A DNA stretch of 35,291 nt from an uncultured Candidatus Saccharibacteria bacterium (GTDB lineage Bacteria; Patescibacteriota; UBA1384; CAYJQE01). The notes under the pieces are model-generated. The model had not been told where the DNA came from. It ran no database searches and saw nothing but the letters and a program-made list of their open reading frames with translations. Where the stretch lies: the NCBI GenBank assembly GCA_964372245.1, contig CAYJQE010000005.1:1-35291 (forward strand), written 5' to 3'. The first letter of the stretch is position 1. Each line of letters opens with the position of its first letter. This document shows positions 17,201 to 24,936 of this stretch, in pieces. The position numbers and the translations under genes are program-made.

Positions 17201-17964
17201 TTGCCGGTTGAGTAACCCGACCATTTGTTAACCGAGAAGATCCAGTCGCCATTCTTAATGTCGGCAAATCCGTACTTCCCGTCCTTGTCGGTCGTGGTAT
17301 AGCTACTTTTCGAATAACTCGAATCCCTCAAATTGACATTGGCGTAGGGAACGGCCGTCGTCCCGTCGTTTTCGGTGATCGTCCCGGTCACTAACGTGTT
17401 CGTCCCAATCTCGAAGAAACCACTCTGATAATCGCCTTCCCAATCGGGGTTGCCATCGAGCGCCGAGTTGTAATTGGTCGTGTTGACCTTGCCGGAACAG
17501 TATCCGCCGGTTGAGGGCATTTTGACACTACTCAACTTGATGCTGACCGCCGTATTGGCCGAAACTTTCGCGGTCGTGCTCAAGACGATATAATTTCCCC
17601 CCCGACTGTAGATCGAGAAACTGCTCGGCGAGGTGTCGGTATGGATCGCCGCGTTGTCGAAATTGAGATATTGATTCGAGTCGTAACTCGCCGAATTATC
17701 ATAACTCGTCGGACAGCGAAACCGAAGATAGACTCGGCCGCCGCTCGCCGGAATCTCGGTCGTGATCGTAAACGCCGCCGTTAAGGTCGTTTGAGCCGAC
17801 TTTGTCTTATCGCCGACTGAAACGGCAAAGCCGGTGATCTGACCGTAGGCCGCCGCCTTGGCCGGCAAAGAACCGGAGAGGAAAAAAAGAAGGGCCGCCG
17901 CCAGCGAGACAAGCGCCAAAAAAACCCCATAAAACCAAAAGACGCCCCGATTAAGTCCCTCCAA
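14242..17964 (-). CDS. Large secreted surface protein: signal peptide, about 8 carboxypeptidase-regulatory-like beta-sandwich repeats, ZU5/GPS-like domain, FN3 domain, LPXTG-type sorting signal
   Basis: Hydrophobic N-terminus ending AKAAA; repeated ISG.I.D.DG...DG.Y...V..GTW modules; W..LENC...TCSTDHFTKFAL; DTTPPAAPT...YFYTVKAVD.SGNES; LPETG followed by a hydrophobic stretch and RRR. SD AAGGAGG upstream. Confidence 0.85.
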   Translation of the reverse strand: MEGLNRGVFWFYGVFLALVSLAAALLFFLSGSLPAKAAAYGQITGFAVSVGDKTKSAQTTLTAAFTITTEIPASGGRVYLRFRCPTSYDNSASYDSNQYLNFDNAAIHTDTSPSSFSIYSRGGNYIVLSTTAKVSANTAVSIKLSSVKMPSTGGYCSGKVNTTNYNSALDGNPDWEGDYQSGFFEIGTNTLVTGTITENDGTTAVPYANVNLRDSSYSKSSYTTTDKDGKYGFADIKNGDWIFSVNKWSGYSTGKVYFSPDEKTINISGATTANASFKPTPKKLKGLVTLSSPKGTPVKDATVSVSSNSGTSGGYASQALRDDGSFAFELPGGTWSLYLSPSSWPAGWRIPNNQTITFVNDASSEEKTHNVEVAALTSKLTGSFQRPDGTAISQYEVSLSASDAEGFYYGGQFDQTGGFEMKVGAGTYSFSCWVSNNDYACPKMKNVTVGDNESLNIGVVKLAEKKDSIKATVKDNEGTLISGAYVNAWVPNSTSYEWASCTTGSDGTCSMKVTPQKFKVSSWPPWNSSTGGQDYSYTGGYQDIEVKSGVAATVSFTYQKNSAEISGTIVDPDGKVITTLNSWVGFTDESSEWSNIGASVQNGRFTAKVPPQTWKIVVYIWGSDFDTPDPIVETVKKDEKKTVTIKALANKSSISGEIKDEKGKLVTPWLSVFATRGRHGSWKTAELDGKGRYKIKVSKGTWRLSWSAPTQGTFGYSSGVGQDVDLEVSENQDVSYNIELRENDSKISGQTYKADGKTAQPWQWIELSTRDPNTKKEAKTYYYGSGVSSDQRGYYEAKLPSGTYWVQGYSWNGSGLIRPAAKKVTIDKDNSASVDLVYREADAKIKVTVKKDGAPSSAFVSAWGEDGAAAEGSADLNNGETELSVTSGTKWHIKAVSENGKTVHKSSERVVDLTDPNNGSFGSVELELKKQSYTLPDSVSKTFDPTVQNSIKLDDGFTMLAPANSIATTGTVTVNIDPTSTLNEEPDAKPVKGYGQEITVSDENNATVSDLNGEVTIVAEYTAEDLLESNILDEKEVIIGWYDTANSTWRELENCAVDSDENVVTCSTDHFTKFALIAAADTTPPAAPTNIKARDLKVGGLVRLTFTKPLDNDFASIKIYRSTVKGQIGSSIATGLKEGTHDDRGVDGTTYFYTVKAVDVSGNESLNTDQVSAIPTTVIGQTVEKTLGELGLSLSGPQVLPETGTPPADHRWSSRLSFFGLFGPLLLFSVLRRRPVSRVR

Positions 17965-17987
17965 AGCTCCTCCTTATTACTTCCTTA

Positions 17988-18016
17988 ATTAAAAACCGAA
18001 GCCAAAATTTCGTCAA
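17988..18016 (-). promoter_or_regulatory. Sigma70-type promoter of the surface-protein gene
   Basis: TTGACG, 17 nt spacer, TTTAAT on the minus strand, followed by SD AAGGAGG. Confidence 0.55.
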
Positions 18017-18114
18017 TGGGGATAACTGAACGACGATAACACGATCTCAAGTTCCATGCCGGGCCTTTCAAGCTCGAGCTTTTCCAGTCAATTAAAAATC
18101 GCCGAGCCTGAAAC

Positions 18115-19185
18115 TTAAAAGCTAAGTCTGACAATATCTTTATAAGTAACGATTAGGATCAGGAGGAGCAGAAGGAAAAAACCGATATTGTGAATCAGGG
18201 CCTCAATTTGAACCCGGACAATCTTTCGACCTAAAAGTCTTTCAAGGCTGATAAACAGAGCTCGCCCACCGTCAAGGGCGGGAATCGGCAGAAGATTGAT
18301 GATGCCCAGGTTAACCGAGAGAAGCGCGACAAAGGGCAAAAGACTTTTTAGTCCCTGACTGGCGACGGCTGAAGTGAGAAAGAAGATGCCAACTGGCCCG
18401 GTCACATTGCCGGTCGTTTGGCGGGTTGAGAAAAGACCGCCGAAAAAGTCAAAAATGGCCCTCGCGGTTAAGCCAATCACTCGACCGGTCTCTCTAAGGC
18501 CGGCCAGAATGGCCTCTCCCGGCGGCAACCGAACGGTCAGGTCTTCCGCGATCTCAACCCCGAGCGGAGTCTCTGTCCAGCTCGGCTCCAAGATCAAAAC
18601 CTTCTCTTCGCCTCGCCGCTCGACAACCAGAGAAACCTCTCCTTCAAGACTCTTGCCCAAGGCCTTGAGCTCCTCGGGCCGCTCGATCGTCTGACCGGCA
18701 AGCGAGACCAACCGGTCGCCCGGCTCGAGTCCGGCTTTTTCGGCCGCCTGACCGGCGAGCGGAGCAAGATAGATCGCCCGCTCGAGAACCGCCCGACGAG
18801 AGAAGTCCTCGGCCTGACTGACAATCGGCCTTGAACCGATCGCGAAGGCGACCGAAAAGATCAGCCAAGCCAAGAGAAAGTTAAAGGCCACGCCAGAAAG
18901 AACAATCAGAAACCGCTGCCAGGGCGGTTTGTTGGAAAAGCTCTTTTTGTTTGACTTTAGAGTTTCATCGGCTTCGTCCTCGCCGAGCAGTTGGACGAAA
19001 CCGCCGAGCGGTATCAGTCCGAGCGAATATTTTGTCTCGCCCTTTCTAAACGATAAAAGCCGGGGCGGAAAACCGACTGCCAGCTCTTTGACCCGGACCT
19101 TAAAGAATCTTGCGACCAAAAAATGACCGAGTTCATGGGCCAAGATCAAAAGAGAGAGAATGACAAGAAAGGTGACGATGTTCAT
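18115..19185 (-). CDS. rseP: Site-2 protease RseP/RasP (M50) with PDZ domain
   Basis: HELGH, IPLGGFV, PDZ (AEKAGLEPGD), GPVGI and NLLPIPALDGG motifs. Confidence 0.95.
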   Translation of the reverse strand: MNIVTFLVILSLLILAHELGHFLVARFFKVRVKELAVGFPPRLLSFRKGETKYSLGLIPLGGFVQLLGEDEADETLKSNKKSFSNKPPWQRFLIVLSGVAFNFLLAWLIFSVAFAIGSRPIVSQAEDFSRRAVLERAIYLAPLAGQAAEKAGLEPGDRLVSLAGQTIERPEELKALGKSLEGEVSLVVERRGEEKVLILEPSWTETPLGVEIAEDLTVRLPPGEAILAGLRETGRVIGLTARAIFDFFGGLFSTRQTTGNVTGPVGIFFLTSAVASQGLKSLLPFVALLSVNLGIINLLPIPALDGGRALFISLERLLGRKIVRVQIEALIHNIGFFLLLLLILIVTYKDIVRLSF

Positions 19186-19281
19186 CTAATAACTCCGATC
19201 ATTTTCGACTATTCCGGCTCGCGGCCAAAAGGCGATCTTTTTCTCATCTTGAGAACCCGATTCAAAACTTCGGTCGGCCGG

Positions 19282-19842
19282 TTAAAGTTCGAGAATTTCC
19301 GCCTCCTTGGTCTTCAATCGCTCGTCGATTAACCGATTGAACTGACCAATCGCTTCATTCAAAAGCTTTTCGGCCTGAAAGCGATCGTCCTCGGTCAGCT
19401 GTCCCGATTTTTCCGCCGCGACAATCGCTTTCCAGATCTCCTCCCTCTCGTTCCGGCCGGCAATTCGGCTCTCCTCGGCCCGCAACCTCAAAATCTTGAC
19501 CGCCTCCTGACGGCGTTCAGCCGACATCGGCGGCAGACTGATCCTGATCATTCGGCCATCGTTGATCGGCTGAAGCGAGAGATCGGACTCTTCGATCGCC
19601 GATCCAATCGGCACCAGAGCGCCCCTATCCCAAGGTTCGATGACTATCGTCTCGGCGTCCGGCGTCCTGATCGAGGCCAACTGCTTGATCGGCAATCGGG
19701 AGTTGTAATGATCAACGATCAAATCTTCGACCAGAGCGGTCGTTGCTCGACCCAGTTTCAAGCCCCTGATTTTTTCTTCAAAAAAACTCCTGATTTCCGA
19801 GAGTTCTTTGAGAAGCAAGGCTTTGGCTTTCTCCGGCGTCAC
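19282..19842 (-). CDS. frr: Ribosome recycling factor
   Basis: Motifs LGRA, LPIKQLASI, IEPWD, PINDG..IRISLPPMSAERR and LTEDD. Confidence 0.96.
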   Translation of the reverse strand: MTPEKAKALLLKELSEIRSFFEEKIRGLKLGRATTALVEDLIVDHYNSRLPIKQLASIRTPDAETIVIEPWDRGALVPIGSAIEESDLSLQPINDGRMIRISLPPMSAERRQEAVKILRLRAEESRIAGRNEREEIWKAIVAAEKSGQLTEDDRFQAEKLLNEAIGQFNRLIDERLKTKEAEILEL

Positions 19843-20300
19843 TGAAAAACCTCTCCCAGCTGATAGCGGTCAAACCGCCGAATAACGATCTCCTCCCCAA
19901 ATTTCGCTTTTATTTCAGCCAGGTAATCGGCGATTGTCTTTTGGCTGTCTTTGATGAACTCCTGACCCATTAGCTCGGCGACAGTTTTGGGATTCATCGA
20001 GGAAATTTGGAGCGAAAGATCGTGAACGAAGTCTCGAAAGGTCTCGTTTTTGGCGACAAAGTCGGTTTCGCAATTGACCTCGACCAGAACGCCGATTCGG
20101 CGATCGTGAACATAGGCGTCAACCGCTCCCTCAAGCGGTTCTGCCCCCGACCGGCTTGAGACTTGACTCGAAATTTCGACCTTCAGGGCCGCCCGCGCTT
20201 TCTCGAGATCGCCGCCCGACCCGGAGAGCGCCCGCTCGACCGCTTTGACCGGCAAACCGGTTTCGGCCCGAAGCCGCTTGATTAATTCAATCGAAACCAC
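19839..20300 (-). CDS. tsf: Elongation factor Ts (short form)
   Basis: IKRLRAETG, EG.VDAYVH, VEVNCETDFVA and GEEIVIRRF motifs. Directly follows rpsB. Confidence 0.96.
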   Translation of the reverse strand: MVSIELIKRLRAETGLPVKAVERALSGSGGDLEKARAALKVEISSQVSSRSGAEPLEGAVDAYVHDRRIGVLVEVNCETDFVAKNETFRDFVHDLSLQISSMNPKTVAELMGQEFIKDSQKTIADYLAEIKAKFGEEIVIRRFDRYQLGEVFQ

Positions 20301-21073
20301 TACTCCTCTTCCCCAATTCCCTTCACCGACTCGGGTTTGAACGGCAAAAGAGTCTCTTTTAGCCCCTTAAGGACAAAATCGACGCTCCTGGTCGAATCGT
20401 CATTCACAACGATCAACCGATCAACCGGGCCCGGGTCGGCGTCGGTGTCGGTCAGAGCGAAAACCGGAATCTTCAATTTTTTAGCCTCCTTGACGGCAAT
20501 TGACTCTCGCCGACTGTCAACCACGAAAAGAGCGTCCGGCAGTCGGGTTAGTCGCCTCAAGCCGCCAAGATTGGCCTCCAATTTCAAAATCCGATCGTCA
20601 ATCCGGCCGACTTCCCGCTTAGTCAGTTTCTCAAAAGCGCCTTCCGCGCGCTCCTTCTCTAGCCGGTCGAGACCGGCGAGCTGATCCCTCACCACTCCGT
20701 AATTAGTCAAAAGTCCACCGATCCACCGTTCGTTGACATAAGGCTGGGAAAGAGCGGTCGCCAGTTCAGCCAGCCGATCCTTGGCCTGCCGTTTGGTGCC
20801 GACAAAAAGAATCAGGCCATCATTCTCAAGAATCCGTTTTAACTCCTTAAGGGCCCGCTCGATCTGGCGGCAAGTCTTTTCAAGATCAATGATGGAGACC
20901 TTCTCTCGGGTCATGATTATGAAAGGTTTCATCTTTGGGTGGCTCCGTTTGAGCGAGTGGCCAAAATAACCGCCGACCTCGAAGAGCTCTTCGATCGAGG
21001 GCGCGTGAGCCTGTTTGGCTTTGGCTTTGGCTTTGGCGACTGGCATCTTTTCGATTTTTAGATTATTTTCCAC
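20300..21073 (-). CDS. rpsB: 30S ribosomal protein S2
   Basis: Motifs FGH.....HPKMKPFI, IIDLEKT, LFVGTK, RWIGGLLTN, LPDALFVVD and DTDADP. Start could also be ATG 21046. Confidence 0.96.
   Translation of the reverse strand: MENNLKIEKMPVAKAKAKAKQAHAPSIEELFEVGGYFGHSLKRSHPKMKPFIIMTREKVSIIDLEKTCRQIERALKELKRILENDGLILFVGTKRQAKDRLAELATALSQPYVNERWIGGLLTNYGVVRDQLAGLDRLEKERAEGAFEKLTKREVGRIDDRILKLEANLGGLRRLTRLPDALFVVDSRRESIAVKEAKKLKIPVFALTDTDADPGPVDRLIVVNDDSTRSVDFVLKGLKETLLPFKPESVKGIGEEE
21014..21037. repeat. Perfect hexamer tandem repeat (TTTGGC)x4 encoding AKAKAKAK in the S2 N-terminus
   Basis: Read directly from the sequence. Confidence 0.9.
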
Positions 21074-21268
21074 GACAAAAAATCACTCCTAAAGCCATTT
21101 CATAATAGCAAGATATCTCCTCCCGAGTAAAGAACCCGACTCGGAACAAGGATAAGGAGCCTTTTTGAAGCCAACTTAAAAAATCCTTTTTCTCCTTGCC
21201 GAGACTGAGACGCGTCGGCGGCGACTCTCGTGTTATCGAGGCCTTCAATGAGATCGAGAAAGGAGTCA

Positions 21269-21424
21269 ATGACGAGAGTCTTTTCGACCAGGCCAGAGAG
21301 TATCGTTCAGCCGATTCTTGACCACCCGGAATGGTTGGTTGAGCGCGATTTCAACCCTCTCCCTGAAACCCTTGATTGCCTCATTCCCATTGAACAGATT
21401 GAGCGAAACAGTTCTAACTTGTGA
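21269..21424 (+). CDS. Candidate 51-aa small protein
   Basis: AAGGAG 3 nt before ATG 21269. Occupies the otherwise empty rpsB-rpmE gap. No homology recognised. Confidence 0.3.
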   Translation: MTRVFSTRPESIVQPILDHPEWLVERDFNPLPETLDCLIPIEQIERNSSNL

Positions 21425-21469
21425 GCGATCTGGTCGGTCGGGAGAGACCCTTTACTTGATTGAAAAATT

Positions 21470-21478
21470 TGCTAGAAT
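21470..21478 (+). promoter_or_regulatory. Extended -10 promoter of rpmE-prfA-prmC
   Basis: TGcTAGAAT ends 20 nt upstream of the rpmE ATG. Confidence 0.5.
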
Positions 21479-21498
21479 TAGGCCCGTGAGATCAAAAA

Positions 21499-21726
21499 AT
21501 GAGAGAAGGCATTCATCCAGAATACTTTAAGGAGACCAAGATCAGCTGCGCCTGCGGCAACGAGGTTCGGGTCGGCGGGACGGTCAAGGAACAGCGGGTC
21601 GAGATCTGCTCGAGTTGTCATCCCTATTTCTCCGGCCAAGCAAAGCTGGTTGACACGGCCGGTCGAGTTGATAAGTTTGAGGCTCGGAGAAAAAAGGCCG
21701 CCCTTTTTCAAAAATCGCGCTCGTAG
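21499..21726 (+). CDS. rpmE: 50S ribosomal protein L31 (zinc-binding type)
   Basis: [26 protein letters not shown] and [10 protein letters not shown] motifs. Confidence 0.97.
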   Translation: MREGIHPEYFKETKISCACGNEVRVGGTVKEQRVEICSSCHPYFSGQAKLVDTAGRVDKFEARRKKAALFQKSRS

Positions 21727-21770
21727 CGGTCTCGGCTGTTGGCTGTTTAAGCGATTGATTGCCGGTGACC

Positions 21771-22856
21771 ATGGAAGACAAGATTCTTGAGCTTGAGGTT
21801 GAAAAAGACCGTCTTGAGCGGAAACTTTTGACCGAGGCCGAAACCGGAAACCAAGTTAAACTCGCGGCGATCACGAAAGAGCACGCTCGAGTCGACAGTC
21901 TCTTGACGGCTGGCCATGAGTATCTCAAACTTTCGGCCAAAATTAAAGCCGCCAGAGAAATTCTCGAATCGGGCGAGCGCGAGATCAAACAGCTGGCGAG
22001 CGAGGAGCTCGAAGCCCTCGGACCCCGTTTTTTGGAACTTGAAAGACTTCTTTCAGACCAGCTCAATCCGGCGAACCGACTCGATCAAGAAGACGCCATT
22101 TTCGAGATCAGGGCCGGAACCGGTGGCGAAGAGGCCGGAATTTTCGCCGCCGATCTTTTCCGAATGTACCACCGGTTTTTGACCGACAAGGGCTTCCAAG
22201 TAGTTGAACTCTCCTCAAGCCGAACAACTCTTGGTGGCTTAAAAGAGGTCGTGGCCGAGGTTTTGGGACAGGGCGCCTTCGGCTGGCTTCGACAAGAAGC
22301 CGGCGTCCATCGGGTCCAACGGGTGCCGGCGACCGAGAAGTCCGGCCGCCTTCACACCTCGGCCGTCTCGATCGTTGTCCTGCCAATCGTTAAAAATTCC
22401 GAATTTAAGATCAAAGAAGGCGATCTGAAAATCGAGGTTTATCGCTCTTCGGGCAAGGGCGGCCAGCATGTCAATACAACCGACTCGGCCGTTCGAATCA
22501 CCCACCTCCCGACTGGCATCGCGGCCAGCGTCCAAGACGAAAGATCGCAAAAACAGAACCGGGAAAAGGCTTTGACGATTCTCGAAGCTCGGGTTGAGGA
22601 CTATTTTCGCAGGCTCGAAAATCAAAAAGAGACCGATCGACGAAGACTGATGATTAAAAGCGGCGACCGATCGGACAAAATCAGGACCTATAATTTCCCC
22701 CAAGATCGAGCGACCGACCATCGGGTCAATCTGACATTTCATAACCTCGAGTCGATTATGGCCGGCAATCTTGAAGAGATGGTCAGCCAGATCAAAAAAG
22801 CCTTGAGGGAAAGGAGAGCGGGTGACAACGATCGCCGAGCTGACCAAAAATCTTAA
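21771..22856 (+). CDS. prfA: Peptide chain release factor 1
   Basis: EIRAGTGGEEA, GVHRVQRVPATE (PxT RF1 specificity motif), GGQ and KIRTYNFPQ. Confidence 0.97.
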   Translation: MEDKILELEVEKDRLERKLLTEAETGNQVKLAAITKEHARVDSLLTAGHEYLKLSAKIKAAREILESGEREIKQLASEELEALGPRFLELERLLSDQLNPANRLDQEDAIFEIRAGTGGEEAGIFAADLFRMYHRFLTDKGFQVVELSSSRTTLGGLKEVVAEVLGQGAFGWLRQEAGVHRVQRVPATEKSGRLHTSAVSIVVLPIVKNSEFKIKEGDLKIEVYRSSGKGGQHVNTTDSAVRITHLPTGIAASVQDERSQKQNREKALTILEARVEDYFRRLENQKETDRRRLMIKSGDRSDKIRTYNFPQDRATDHRVNLTFHNLESIMAGNLEEMVSQIKKALRERRAGDNDRRADQKS

Positions 22857-23640
22857 ATCCGAGGAGAGAAGAGTCCTAGCCAAAACTCTTCGACTCTCGA
22901 CCCTTGATCTGATAGTCAGAGACCAAGAGAGTGTCGGCTTAAGGGATAGGGTTCGTTTTTTAAGAGCTTTGGCCGATTTGGCCAGGGGTCGGCCAATCGC
23001 CCAGATCTTGGGCAAAATCTGGTTCTACAACCATGAGTTTGTCTTGACCGATCAGGTCTTTATACCCCGACCGGAAACCGAACTTTTAGTTGATCAGGCA
23101 GTCAAGCGTCTTCAATGGGCGCGACGGGCCCATCGGGTCTATGATATCGGCGCCGGCTCGGGCAATATTATTTTGTCGGTTGCCGCTCTTTCCGGAAAGT
23201 ACCGAATTAAACACTCCTTTTTCGGAGTTGAGATCTCAAGACCGGCGATCAATGTCGCCTTGAGAAACGCTTCGCTTCTTTCGATATCAAACGTCTCTTT
23301 TATCAGAAAAGATTTTCTCGAACTCGATTTCAATTCAAAAGAGCCGACTCTGATCCTGGCCAATCTCCCCTACCTGCCAAAAAAGGCGATCGCTCAAAGG
23401 CCGAGTCTCGGCTTTGAGCCTCAAAGCGCCCTTGACGGCGGCGAGAACGGTCTTGACCTGATCAACCGGCTTCTCGAACTGACAGCCAAAGGCTTGTCAA
23501 CCGGCCAGATTTTAATCGAGCACGATCCAGACCAAGCCAAAAAACTCGAGAGACTCTCGAAAAAACTTTTCCCGACAAAGAAGATCGCGTTTTTGAAAGA
23601 CCTCAACCGGCAAACCAGGGTCCTTAAAATCGAGCTTTAA
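22822..23640 (+). CDS. prmC: Release factor glutamine methyltransferase (HemK/PrmC)
   Basis: FIPRPETELLV, DIGAGSG, NLPY and EP..ALDGGENGL motifs. Follows prfA. Confidence 0.93.
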   Translation: MTTIAELTKNLKSEERRVLAKTLRLSTLDLIVRDQESVGLRDRVRFLRALADLARGRPIAQILGKIWFYNHEFVLTDQVFIPRPETELLVDQAVKRLQWARRAHRVYDIGAGSGNIILSVAALSGKYRIKHSFFGVEISRPAINVALRNASLLSISNVSFIRKDFLELDFNSKEPTLILANLPYLPKKAIAQRPSLGFEPQSALDGGENGLDLINRLLELTAKGLSTGQILIEHDPDQAKKLERLSKKLFPTKKIAFLKDLNRQTRVLKIEL

Positions 23641-23642
23641 AA

Positions 23643-24836
23643 CTATTCGATCTCGCCGAGGACGACCCCGACAGCCCGCTCGCTTCCATCCCTCAAAATT
23701 TCGAGGTTGATCGTATCGCCAACCTTGAAGTTCTGGATGATGCTTGAGAGGGTCCGCTCGCTGGTGATCGTTTGATTGTTGACTTTAAGAATGATGTCGT
23801 TTTCCTTAAGACCGGCTTTGGCGGCTGGCGTGCCGGCGATAACGGCTGGCTCAAGCGGGTTCTCGCCTCGCTTTAGCCAAGCGCCTTGAGCGACCGGCAA
23901 ATTGTTGAGCTCTTTGACCTCTTTGGTGATCAGGATATAGCGGACGCCGATCATTGGCCGGGCAATCCGAGAGATTCGTTTGAAGCTCTCGATCGCCGAT
24001 TTGGCCGAGTTGATCGGGATCGCGAAACTGATATTTTCGGCCCCGCCGGCGACAGCCGTGTTGACGGCGATCACCTGACCTTTGATGTTGACTAACGGCC
24101 CGCCGGAATTGCCGGGATTGATGGCGGCGTCAGTCTGTAGCAGGCCCTCAAGTTGCTCGGCCAGGCCGCCGGAGCTATCCGAGGCAACAATCTTCCGCTC
24201 CTTGGCCGAAAGAACGCCCGAGGTCACCGTATTCTGAAACTCGCCCAAGGCGTTGCCGATCGCCACAACGGTCTGACCGATCTCAAGCCGGTCCGAGTCG
24301 CCCAGTTCGGCAACCGACAGGTTATTGGCGCCGACTTTGACAATCGCCAGGTCAAAGACCGGATCAACCGACTTGACCTCGGCCTTAAGACTGTTGCCTT
24401 CGGAGGTCAAAACGGTATATTCGGCTCGTGGATCGGAAACGACATGCTTATTGGTCAAAATCAGACCGTCGCGAGTGATAACAAAACCGGTCCCGCCGCC
24501 TTGCTGCCTGACCGTGCCGCCAAAGACGCTTCTGACATCGCGAGTTGTAACGATTGAAACAACGGCTGGCGAAACCTTTTTGACCGCTTCGATGATGGCG
24601 TTTTGCTCTTCAACCACCACCCGCTCGATTTTGCCCGGCGCGGCGGCAATCAGTTGGTTAGGCTCTAAGATCCCCAAAAAATTTCTGACCGCTTGATTCG
24701 AGGAGGCGAGACTTAAGCCGAACAATGAGCCTAAAAGACCAAAAAGAAAGGCCAGAAAAAAAAGCAAAAACGCCCCCCTTTTCGAACCGGCTGGTCCGCC
24801 CAAAATCTCGCCTGAAATCGTTTCGATCCGACCCAT
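23643..24836 (-). CDS. htrA: HtrA/DegP-family serine protease with N-terminal TM helix and one PDZ domain
   Basis: LTNKHV, DLAIVK and TDAAINPGNSGGPL catalytic motifs, plus PDZ PAAKAGLKENDII. Confidence 0.94.
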   Translation of the reverse strand: MGRIETISGEILGGPAGSKRGAFLLFFLAFLFGLLGSLFGLSLASSNQAVRNFLGILEPNQLIAAAPGKIERVVVEEQNAIIEAVKKVSPAVVSIVTTRDVRSVFGGTVRQQGGGTGFVITRDGLILTNKHVVSDPRAEYTVLTSEGNSLKAEVKSVDPVFDLAIVKVGANNLSVAELGDSDRLEIGQTVVAIGNALGEFQNTVTSGVLSAKERKIVASDSSGGLAEQLEGLLQTDAAINPGNSGGPLVNIKGQVIAVNTAVAGGAENISFAIPINSAKSAIESFKRISRIARPMIGVRYILITKEVKELNNLPVAQGAWLKRGENPLEPAVIAGTPAAKAGLKENDIILKVNNQTITSERTLSSIIQNFKVGDTINLEILRDGSERAVGVVLGEIE

Positions 24837-24936
24837 TGCTAGAAACTAAGTCTAACAAAATTATTCAAACCGGCAAAGCTTGAAGCCGAGAAAATCAACC
24901 TCGCTCGCCTTGCCCGAATCGAGAAACCGCGATCGG

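Noticed and set aside
18070..18081. 12-bp palindrome AAGCTCGAGCTT upstream of the surface-protein promoter
   Set aside because: It is a single short palindrome in a genome rich in CTCGAG/AGCT words, with no second copy or candidate regulator seen.
22239..23015. Long antisense ORFs (also 618-1214, 3816-4454, 24880-25581, 29730-30533, 31111-31734, 34611-35243)
   Set aside because: They are shadow frames of well-supported genes on the opposite strand and show no recognisable motifs.
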